DNA of 30,022 bases from Planctomycetota bacterium (lineage in GTDB: Bacteria > Planctomycetota > Planctomycetia > Pirellulales > JADFKK01): positions 1 through 30,022 of the forward strand of contig JADFKK010000067.1 in the NCBI GenBank assembly GCA_022564995.1. Reading direction: 5' to 3'. The notes beneath the pieces are model-generated. The model had not been told where the DNA came from and ran no database searches. It saw only the letters and a program-made list of their open reading frames with translations. This document shows positions 11,201 to 18,414 of the stretch, one piece after another; within the stretch, counting starts at the first letter, position 1; each line of letters begins with the position of its first letter. The position numbers were made by a program, and so were the translations under genes.

Positions 11201-13717
11201 GCGGCGAAAATTCTGTTTGAACTGCTGGAGATGAACGCCAACGTCGGGCTGCTGCGGTTTCACACCCAAAGCCGTGCCCTGGCCTGGGTCTATTGGCACC
11301 ATTTTGCCGAACGCGAACAAAAAGCACTGATCGAGGACAAGCTCAAAGGCTTCGGCGTAATCTCGCAGTTGTTCCCCGAAACGAGCCAGCAGGCCGCCTA
11401 CGTCGACGAACTGCGGGTGTTGCTCGACGCATTCGTGAGCCAGAACGATCTGTTCGATGCATCGCTCGCCGCCGAGGCCGCTGAGTATTTGTTCTGCGAG
11501 CTGGCCCACGGCGGGCCGTTCTGCACGAGCCGCACGGCGGCCGATTTGCACGAGGCCTTTCATCGTCACCTGCGACAAAACAGCTTCGAGCCGAAATTCA
11601 ACGAGACGGTCGAGTCGGTGAAGCGCGACGCCACGAGCCATTTCATGTTGACCCGCGATTGGGTCGAGGCCTTCCTCGACGGCGACGCGGCCTCGTCCGA
11701 ATATCGAGACGAACTGGCCACCGTGTTGATGCACGGCAAGCTCGAAGGCCGCTCAATCATCGATGGCCAAGTGACCTGCACGATTGGCGACATGGTCGGT
11801 TCTCACGCGGTCATCCAATCGGGATCGTACGCGCTACACTACAACCACTTCATGCGGAAGCTGGCCGATTACCAGCGCGACGTCGTGCCGCGCTTCGAGG
11901 CCTTTCACGACCGCAAGACGGCCCTGGTCGACGCCGCCCGCGACGACATGCGGCTCGACGAATTTCGCCCCCGGGTGCTGACCTCGTTCGTCCGCAACAA
12001 GCTGATCGACACGGTCTATCTGCCCATGATCGGCGACAACCTGGCCAAGCAAATCGGCGCGGCCGGCGAACAAAAGCGAACCGACCGCATGGGCTTGCTG
12101 CTGTTGGTCTCGCCGCCCGGTTACGGCAAGACGACGCTGATGGAATATCTGGCCAATCGCCTGGGCGTCATCTTCATGAAGATCAACGGCCCGGCCATCG
12201 GACATCAGGTCACCTCGCTAGATCCGGTCGAGGCGCCCAACGCCGCGGCCCGCGAGGAAGTCGAAAAATTGAACCTATCGCTCGAGATGGGCGACAACGT
12301 GATGATCTATCTCGACGACATCCAACACTGCAATCCCGAATTCCTGCAAAAGTTTATCTCGCTGTGCGATGCCACCCGCAAAATCGAGGGCGTCTACAAA
12401 GGTCGCACGCGAACCTACGACTTGCGCGGCCGCAAGGTCATCGTCGTGATGGCCGGCAATCCGTACACCGAAAGCGGCGAGCGTTTCCAAATTCCCGACA
12501 TGCTCTCGAACCGGGCCGACGTCTACAACCTGGGCGAGATCATCGGCGACTCGGCCGAAGCCTTCGAGATGAGCTACCTGGAAAACTGCCTGACCAGCAA
12601 TTCGGTGCTCAACAAGCTGGCCAGCCGCAGCCAAAAAGACGTGCAAGCCGTGATCAAGATGGCCGAAACGGGCGACCGCCAGGGCATCGAACTGGAAGGC
12701 AGTTACTCGCCCGACGATCTGAACGATTTCGTCGTCACGATGAAGAAGCTGACCAAGGTCCGCGACGTGATTCTCGCCGTGAATCGCCAATACATCGATT
12801 CCGCCGCCCAGTCGGACGACTACCGCACCGAGCCGGCCTTCAAGCTGCAGGGCTCGTACCGCAACATGAATCGCATTGCCGAGAAGGTCGTGCCGATCAT
12901 GAACGACGACGAGTTGCAACGGCTGATTCTCTCGAACTACGAAAACGACGCCCAAACGCTGACCTCCGACACCGAATCGAACCTGCTCAAGCTCCGCGAG
13001 TTGCTCGACATCCTCACCGACGAGGAAGCCCGCCGTTGGAACGACATCAAGCGGACCTTCCAGGAAAACGTCAAGATGAAGGGCATCGACGCCGACGATC
13101 AGGTCGGTCAGGTGATCGTCCAGATGCGCTCCTTCAACGACGGACTGTACGCCATCCAGCAAGGCATGGCCGCAGGCGTCAAGTCGCTCACCGAGGCCGA
13201 CGGCAAGAGCGACGAGGAGCAGCAGCAAGTCGCCGCGCTCGTCGAACACCTAACCGGGCTCAACACGGGTCTGAACGACATCCGCGACACACTCTCCGGC
13301 GGGCTAACGAAAATCCTCGAAAACGCCGCGCAGCCGTCTGAGCCGGTCGGTCCGACGGAGGCGGAAACCATATCTGCGCAGATGGCCCCCGCGGCCGAGG
13401 CGATGATGGCCCTGGCCGATGAGCTGCGCGAGTTGACCACCGGAACGATCCCGATCGATCCCAAGCGTCAGACGCGCATCTCGGTCACTCACAAGGTGCC
13501 CCGTTCGATTTTGGCGGTCATCGAAAGCCAGTTCCAACTGATGAAAGACTCAATCGCCCCGGTGCTCGCCGCCTCGCACGAGCAAAGCGCGGAACTCCAA
13601 CAACTCCGCGAAACCCTCCGTTCGTCTCTCGACAAATCGGCCGAATTTCTGGAAGAACTTCAAGCAGCGAGACACAAAGCAGACAAGCGGGCGCAGGCGA
13701 CTCGCCCGCCGGCATGA
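8291..13717 (+). CDS. Giant cytoplasmic protein of about 1,808 aa from the ATG at 8291 (1,828 aa from the GTG at 8231). It has a single AAA_5/MoxR-type ATPase module in the C-terminal third and extensive coiled coils. Its family is unassigned.
   Basis: There is no signal peptide or transmembrane helix. Walker A (LLLLVSPPGYGKTTLMEYL) lies at about nt 12100-12140, Walker B (VMIYLDDIQH) at about 12301-12330, and an ATQNP-like sensor (VIVVMAGNPYTESGERFQIPDMLSNRADV) at about 12440-12530. The central and C-terminal regions are long and helix/coiled-coil rich. The N-terminal 470 aa resemble no domain I can name. The gene is co-oriented 300 bp downstream of flotillin. Confidence 0.8.
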   Translation: MAQADQAKTGSAEIQLESGTYEILRNRLVAHAKELRGRLDQLNVARKEVFGAIETTLLATDRITTEHNCQPRDMVSLGDVFLFGYNIHFGLKSETTLSDVFAAYEMRDHSFHQQSLAMLEDQQFKRDFQEVYRYYKKAVFAKFFLTGPHLYMVFRVGLNVSDIKTFKWLLRDGTLSYVDNRSDHEVQFPPQHEFEWTRTHRDLQQSGLHPHISIEDRLFVETIGGDLTIKIENNTESGEGIYAEPVDNPDQTLDDAVIYYAVVGNIILLKIRPYQEENFRYIVYNEKIQQARRIDAIEHACVLLPDDHGLIFSNGYYLQNGEQKTFDHALQDMLFERRIAAPNGEDYLYVFYNRKTGVYVLLRYNVIEQKVDTPLICNGSSLFPAGELVCFRSDEEAKKHHTLQVWQTPYVDEDFLPQTNTDSLLFKIGNRDMVRGMAECHEVLGLIEKEDTYAGLYIDLVKKAGDILDAYFWIDHEETFKPSEPLQEIKRTAAAAIDEFEKVVKVKQATLGQCKEVEGRTRKILTDVHHRRYESIDEFVSSLGDLRTVRGAIISLRELRYADETLIESLEAEVIDQSDRLAARCVDFLLSPGALAPYQQRVAGQKQAVEPLEKVADARKLEEQVTASAQELEMLIEIVSNLKIDDATQRTAIIDSISDIFGQVNATRSALKAKIHDLLSVEGIAEFGSQIKLLDQSVVSYLDLCKTPQRCEELLTKVMIQIEEMDGRFAEFDEFIVQLSEKRDEIYNAFESRKLALIEKRNRRATALMSAAERILKGIKTRVESLDSIDAINSYFASDLMIEKVRDLVEQLNELDDTVKVDDVQSRLKTVREDAVRQLKDRQELFVDGENIIKLGNHQFTVNIQALDLTTVQRDGAIHLHLTGTNFFEVLDDQQLNAARDVWQQEVVSENDAVYRAEYLAYLLMQHMRHDADAREAFLKADGPARVKQVQRFMGPRYREAYVKGVSDHDAAKILFELLEMNANVGLLRFHTQSRALAWVYWHHFAEREQKALIEDKLKGFGVISQLFPETSQQAAYVDELRVLLDAFVSQNDLFDASLAAEAAEYLFCELAHGGPFCTSRTAADLHEAFHRHLRQNSFEPKFNETVESVKRDATSHFMLTRDWVEAFLDGDAASSEYRDELATVLMHGKLEGRSIIDGQVTCTIGDMVGSHAVIQSGSYALHYNHFMRKLADYQRDVVPRFEAFHDRKTALVDAARDDMRLDEFRPRVLTSFVRNKLIDTVYLPMIGDNLAKQIGAAGEQKRTDRMGLLLLVSPPGYGKTTLMEYLANRLGVIFMKINGPAIGHQVTSLDPVEAPNAAAREEVEKLNLSLEMGDNVMIYLDDIQHCNPEFLQKFISLCDATRKIEGVYKGRTRTYDLRGRKVIVVMAGNPYTESGERFQIPDMLSNRADVYNLGEIIGDSAEAFEMSYLENCLTSNSVLNKLASRSQKDVQAVIKMAETGDRQGIELEGSYSPDDLNDFVVTMKKLTKVRDVILAVNRQYIDSAAQSDDYRTEPAFKLQGSYRNMNRIAEKVVPIMNDDELQRLILSNYENDAQTLTSDTESNLLKLRELLDILTDEEARRWNDIKRTFQENVKMKGIDADDQVGQVIVQMRSFNDGLYAIQQGMAAGVKSLTEADGKSDEEQQQVAALVEHLTGLNTGLNDIRDTLSGGLTKILENAAQPSEPVGPTEAETISAQMAPAAEAMMALADELRELTTGTIPIDPKRQTRISVTHKVPRSILAVIESQFQLMKDSIAPVLAASHEQSAELQQLRETLRSSLDKSAEFLEELQAARHKADKRAQATRPPA
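12050..12700 (+). other. AAA_5/MoxR-like P-loop ATPase module of the giant protein.
   Basis: It carries GYGKTT (Walker A), a hhhhDD Walker B, and an NP(Y) sensor-1 with an arginine-containing segment downstream. This is the MoxR/dynein-related subtype rather than the classical AAA SRH. Confidence 0.65.
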
Positions 13718-13805
13718 ATGAGGGTTGACGGGTGTGGCTAGGGTCGACCTGCGCTTTAACGAGCGACGATCCCCAGCGGCGCGTTTCATAAAACAGAGAT
13801 CACCC

Positions 13806-13840
13806 GTTGACTCGAATGGTAAGATTCGTGGTACAATCAT
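13806..13840 (+). promoter_or_regulatory. Sigma-70-like promoter candidate: TTGACT, a spacer, then TGgTACAAT (extended -10).
   Basis: ttgactcgaatggtaagattcgtggtacaat lies about 8 nt upstream of the small ORF ATG at 13844. It gives a near-consensus -35 and -10, though the 19 nt spacer is long unless the -35 is shifted. Confidence 0.3.
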
Positions 13841-13843
13841 TCC

Positions 13844-13996
13844 ATGGCGACCGTCAACTATCTCGACCGCTTTCTCGACCCGATAAGTGATGCCTTCACT
13901 CCCCAGATGGCTCGCACTATCGTGGAGCTGCGCGCCGAACCGGAGTTGCAGGCCCACGTAGAATTGCGAGGGCTGTGGCTAGACGGACGTTAGACG
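13844..13996 (+). CDS. Small ORF of 50 aa (MATVNYLDRFLDPISDAFTPQMARTIVELRAEPELQAHVELRGLWLDGR*) at the edge of the low-GC island. It may be a gene remnant or a small regulator.
   Basis: It is absent from the ORF track, probably because it is under 60 aa. It has a good promoter-like sequence upstream and is convergent with the island gene. I recognise no homology. Confidence 0.2.
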
Positions 13997-14024
13997 TTCT
14001 GATCGGGTGAGTGCTTGGCGTCGA

Positions 14025-15911
14025 CTATGCCAAGCTCAACATGAATTCAACCCGTTCCTTGTCGATTACCTCGGTTCGATTGAGCAGTCGAATCGGAAAC
14101 GGCTTCTTCGGCTCGATAGTTTTCCATTGATCCGCAAGGTGCTTCAGCGCACTCGCCTCGATCAGAGCTACGTCCCAGTTCGTTTTTGCTTTGTATCGAT
14201 GCGCGAGTTTGATGGATTGCGGTGTGAAGGACGGCCCGATGACCAAGAAGGCGAGCGGCTGATTGCCTTTCTCCCTTTCTTTGCGCAAGTAGGAGTCAAA
14301 TTGATCGTCAAGGTGGTCCTGGAGATTCACTTGAGCTTCAACCGACTTGTTGTCCCACAGAATCACTTGATTGTTGTCGAGAGGGATTCTGCCGTCGGCC
14401 TTAGTCACTTTCTGTCGTTTGTCGATCTTGACGTTCAACATCACCTCGAACAGAAAGTCTGTTGCTTCCTCGAACTGGTGTTCGATGTCGAGATCCTTCA
14501 CGATGAGCTTTTTCGCCTTCAGGTCAGAATACGATCTGCTTGCGAGAAGTTCGTAGTTATTGTACCACTCTTCCCGCTTGTCCTGCGTCGCGCGTTCTTC
14601 AAAGGTCAGATCGTCGTAGAATTCGATAAGTCGGTTTTGGAAATCTGACTTGTTCCCGGAACTCTTGAGACCGACTAGACGACACATGTCAGACAACTTT
14701 GATCGATCCAAGTCGTCCAGAATGTTACTTGGCTTAATGTCGCTCGTGACGATACGCTCGATGAGGTCAGCCTTGTTTCCGTAGCGATCCATATTTTTCG
14801 CCTGAAGAAAGGTTCGTAGGTCAGGCAATCGAACGGCGTCATGCTCCAGGATTCTGCGATAATTGGTCCGCTGCAACTCCAAGCCGTTGCTCTGCTCGCG
14901 GAGAACCATAACGACCTCGAACGGAATCACATCGATGTTTCGGTTGTTCTCGTCCCGATAACTCCAGAGAAGCGATTCGCGCTGAAGCTCCTTTCGTGCA
15001 TCGTGTACTTCATCTCGCGAGTGTAGCGCGCACTTCGCCTTTGGGAACCTGTGAAGATGAGCACCAATGAGCCAGTGTTCTTCGCGCGAGATGTTTAAGT
15101 GCCCCCTTAGAACTCGCAGGAGTGCAGCCTCATCATAAGAAACATCGTCCTGATTGCGCCAAGCCGCATCCAGAACAAGGCGATAGGTATCGTAATGGTG
15201 CCACCGCATGGCGTCATGTTTCTTCGGATCGAAGAAGTCGAGCTTTTTTGCTCGTTTAACGAGAGCCTTCTCATACTCAAGCACTTTTTCCTCCAGGCGG
15301 TTCTCATCAAGGCTGTGAGTCTCTTCCTGAAGGAGTATTGCGAACAGGATGATCTCTTTCAGATTGCGGCGGTCAACGTCGGGATCGATTTTTTCGAGGC
15401 TTTCGATGATCCTTCCTTTGGCGACCAGCTTCTTGGCGTCCTTGAGAATGCGATTTGTCAAGTCGCCGTCGTTCATGCCTTTCGTCGATTCAAGGAATTG
15501 CCCGAGTATCCGTAGCTTCACCCTCTTGAGCATGTGAGGCGCGATGTCTGCGACCCGTTTACACAGCGCTCGACGGCCGAGCAGTCGCTGTTCTTTGGCG
15601 TCACGTTTTGGCTCACGGCGCTTCTTTCGTTTACGCGCCGTTGGTTGAGGCGGCGGCACTAGTCCGGTGTCCTTGGTCGCGTCAGCTTGATTGCTGTCGA
15701 CCGTTTCGCTTGTGCGTAGCACGTCGTCGTCGGACGTTTCCTCGACGAGTAAACCTGGCTCATCGTCATCGCTAGCCTCTCCAGCAACCACAATACTCTG
15801 CGGCTCCGTTGTCGCGTCGGATGACGACTCTACGTCGTGGTGGATGTCGTTTGCCGACCGCGATGCGTCGGACTCAACTTGTGGACTTGGTGTTGGAATA
15901 TCGTTCGACAC
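14025..15911 (-). CDS. Island protein of 628 aa. It has an acidic disordered N-terminus and a basic KRKKRR patch, two tandem SAP DNA-binding motifs, and a C-terminal domain that looks like a PD-(D/E)xK restriction-endonuclease-like nuclease.
   Basis: The gene is about 47-50% GC against roughly 65% in the flanks. SAP motif 1 is LPDLRTFLQAKNMDRYGNKADLIERIV and SAP motif 2 is LDRSKLSDMCRLVGLKSSGNKSDFQNRLIEFY; both fit L..L.V.EL...L..RGL...G.K..LI.RL. The C-terminal domain has E/D-rich FEEATDFLFEVM, then ADGRIPLD, then VILWDNKS (a D-x-K motif), then Q/E-rich LAFLVIGPSF. The start codon is probably GTG, so the true N-terminus is uncertain. Confidence 0.75.
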   Translation of the reverse strand: MSNDIPTPSPQVESDASRSANDIHHDVESSSDATTEPQSIVVAGEASDDDEPGLLVEETSDDDVLRTSETVDSNQADATKDTGLVPPPQPTARKRKKRREPKRDAKEQRLLGRRALCKRVADIAPHMLKRVKLRILGQFLESTKGMNDGDLTNRILKDAKKLVAKGRIIESLEKIDPDVDRRNLKEIILFAILLQEETHSLDENRLEEKVLEYEKALVKRAKKLDFFDPKKHDAMRWHHYDTYRLVLDAAWRNQDDVSYDEAALLRVLRGHLNISREEHWLIGAHLHRFPKAKCALHSRDEVHDARKELQRESLLWSYRDENNRNIDVIPFEVVMVLREQSNGLELQRTNYRRILEHDAVRLPDLRTFLQAKNMDRYGNKADLIERIVTSDIKPSNILDDLDRSKLSDMCRLVGLKSSGNKSDFQNRLIEFYDDLTFEERATQDKREEWYNNYELLASRSYSDLKAKKLIVKDLDIEHQFEEATDFLFEVMLNVKIDKRQKVTKADGRIPLDNNQVILWDNKSVEAQVNLQDHLDDQFDSYLRKEREKGNQPLAFLVIGPSFTPQSIKLAHRYKAKTNWDVALIEASALKHLADQWKTIEPKKPFPIRLLNRTEVIDKERVEFMLSLA

Positions 15912-16075
15912 CTGCTCCCTCCTGTCATAAGAGGCCCTAGGGGCGGACTATCTTCATGCCGCCGACTCCGATAGCCTAACGGACGAAGGGTTGGGGATGC
16001 AAGTAGACCTAATAATCAATCGCATCCTTACGACGCGCGTGACACCGAGGGCCACTGGCATGGTACCGCCAGGGG

Positions 16076-16098
16076 CACTGCTGGACAAGCCAGCAGTG
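16076..16098. repeat. Perfect hairpin CACTGCTGG-ACAAG-CCAGCAGTG.
   Basis: 9 bp arms and a 5 nt loop, in intergenic sequence. Confidence 0.6.
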
Positions 16099-16132
16099 GC
16101 ACCCAGCGAGCAAAACGCTGCGCTGGCTCTTG

Positions 16133-16294
16133 CCGGCTTTAGCCGGCTCCCTTGTCAGCCGCCGGCTTTAGCCGGTGGGACGGGTGGCGGCTCCCACGTT
16201 CGTCGTTAGCCGGCTTCAGCCGGCTTTCCTGTAGCCACTGGCTTTAGCCGTCGGCTTGTTCGTGCTCCAATGGAACCGGGCTAAAGCCGGCTGG
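16133..16294. repeat. Cluster of 5-6 copies of the palindrome CCGGCT-TT-AGCCGG and variants, which share the core GCTTTAGC/GCTAAAGC.
   Basis: ccggctttagccgg at 16133 and 16172; agccggcttcagccggcttt at 16207; ggctttagccgtcggc at 16241; gggctaaagccggc at 16277 in reversed spacer orientation. Confidence 0.75.
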
Positions 16295-16311
16295 ACACGA
16301 TTGCAGAGTTG

Positions 16312-16441
16312 GTGGCTACCGAAACCACCAGGCTTTGTCAGAAAACATCAGCCGCGACGCGTTAGCGTCCGGTTCTCAGCGTAACTCGTCGCCAAAACCG
16401 GGGGCTAGCGCCCCGCGGCTGACAAACCACCAGCTAAAGCT
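16312..16441. repeat. Related palindromes: TGGTGGCTACCGAAACCACCA, and a perfect 20 bp palindrome CCACCAGCT-AA-AGCTGGTGG at about 16422-16441.
   Basis: Inverted repeats read directly from the sequence. The second contains the same GCTAAAGC core as the CCGG-type copies. Confidence 0.7.
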
Positions 16442-16623
16442 GGTGGCTGACCGTGAAGCCGGCAGTCGGCCGCGATCCTCGACGACTGCACTCTACCTCA
16501 GAACAGGCGCGCCGGGCCGGTCGCGGCATGCGGAGCATGACCTACGCGCTTCCCTTGCGTTGATCGCATCACAGCGGATAATGACGGACGGTTTTCGATG
16601 GGGTGGAACCGGCCTTCCGCTCC

Positions 16624-16672
16624 TAGAAACCTGCCCCACGGCAAATACGCAGGTTGGGAAACCTGCCCCACG
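16624..16672 (+). promoter_or_regulatory. 5' leader element upstream of the PfkB-family gene. Three AACCTGC/GCAGGTT segments can form mutually exclusive hairpins; the 3' one is GCAGGTT-GGGA-AACCTGC followed by CCCA.
   Basis: gaaacctgccccacg occurs twice, at 16626-16640 and 16658-16672. The middle segment gcaggtt at 16650-16656 can pair with aacctgc at 16629-16635 or at 16662-16668. The ATG is at 16695. A 22-nt near-identical copy lies upstream of cpaF on the other strand. Confidence 0.5.
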
Positions 16673-16694
16673 TTAGAAACAAGGAATCACCCTC

Positions 16695-17597
<903 letters not shown>

Positions 17598-17617
17598 AAC
17601 AAGCGAGGAGTTCATTC

Positions 17618-18355
17618 ATGAGATTTTTCTTGCTCGGTAATCCGCCGATGCGGTCGTTATTGGCCGGATTCGTTCTGCTGTTGGCAACGCGGGGCGCCGG
17701 CGCGTTTGAGCCAACTTCGCAGTATGTGGTCAAGGAGATCGCGGGTTGGAAGGTGTATGTTCACCGCGATCTGCTGCCGGGCGGGAAGCAGCGGGAGACG
17801 GGGGCGCCGGCCTTGAAGAAGCTGGAGCACGGCTTGGCGATGGCGCGGCAGATGGTGGCCGATGGCCCGCTTAAGAAGCTACAAAAGGTGAAGATCTGGC
17901 TGGAGGTCGACTCGACCCGTGGCAAGCACGGCCGCACATCGGCTTATCAGTATCATCCCGGGCTGGATTGGCTGAAGAAGATGGACTTTAATCCCCAGAA
18001 GCTCAAGTGCGTCGAATTCGGCAACGCCGCGAGCCTGGCCAAGCGGTCCGATTTCAAAACGGTCTATGTGACGATGCACGAGTTGGCCCACGCGCTGCAT
18101 CATCAGGTGTACACGTTTGAAGATCCCGACGTGATCGCCGCCCACAAGCGGGCTCGCGAAGAGGGCAAGTATCCGCCGCGGGATTGGGTCGTGCGGGCCA
18201 ACCACAAAGAGTTTTTCGCCGGGCTGTCGACGCGGTATTTTGAATCGGAAGAAGTCCGCAAGCAGCTCGCCGAGCGCGATCCGGTCTTCGCCAAGAAGCT
18301 GGAAGAGTTCTGGGGCAAGCCGAAGGCGCTGATGGACGCGCCGCTGAAGAAGTGA
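17618..18355 (+). CDS. Secreted protein with an HExxH motif (MHELAHALHH), possibly a zinc metallopeptidase-like enzyme. The ATG at 17618 is preferred over the TTG at 17594.
   Basis: GAGGAG lies 7 nt upstream of ATG 17618. The signal peptide is MRFFLLGNPPMRSLLAGFVLLLATRGAGA. The only recognisable catalytic-looking feature is HELAHALHH. Confidence 0.7.
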   Translation: MRFFLLGNPPMRSLLAGFVLLLATRGAGAFEPTSQYVVKEIAGWKVYVHRDLLPGGKQRETGAPALKKLEHGLAMARQMVADGPLKKLQKVKIWLEVDSTRGKHGRTSAYQYHPGLDWLKKMDFNPQKLKCVEFGNAASLAKRSDFKTVYVTMHELAHALHHQVYTFEDPDVIAAHKRAREEGKYPPRDWVVRANHKEFFAGLSTRYFESEEVRKQLAERDPVFAKKLEEFWGKPKALMDAPLKK

Positions 18356-18356
18356 C

Positions 18357-18380
18357 GTAGGTTATGCTTTAACATAACAT
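18357..18380. repeat. Solo copy of a 24-bp REP-like palindromic unit, GTAGGTTATGCTTTAACATAAC, lying between convergent genes.
   Basis: cgtaggttatgctttaacataac is nearly identical to the two inverted copies at 28674-28750. It is AT-rich against a GC-rich background. Confidence 0.7.
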
Positions 18381-18414
18381 TGGCCGTGATTCACTGGCCC
18401 TCTCAAGCCGACAT

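Noticed and set aside
8273-13341. Overlapping ORFs within the giant ATPase gene (8273..10180, 11060..11734 and 12275..13249 on the - strand; 11659..13341 on the +).
   Set aside because: They are Arg/Gly/Asp-rich low-complexity translations with no motifs and are fully nested in a gene with a clear P-loop ATPase signature. These are GC-frame artefacts.
13733-13988. 9-bp direct repeat TGTGGCTAG at 13735 and 13973, as possible target-site duplication of an insertion.
   Set aside because: The two copies are only 9 bp long, lie 240 bp apart and do not bracket the low-GC gene. A chance match is plausible.
16335-16676. ORF 16335..16676 + (113 aa) and ORF 15991..16209 + (72 aa) in the intergenic region.
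   Set aside because: They overlap the dense palindromes, and their translations are Ala/Gly/Arg/Pro-rich low complexity. They have no start context.
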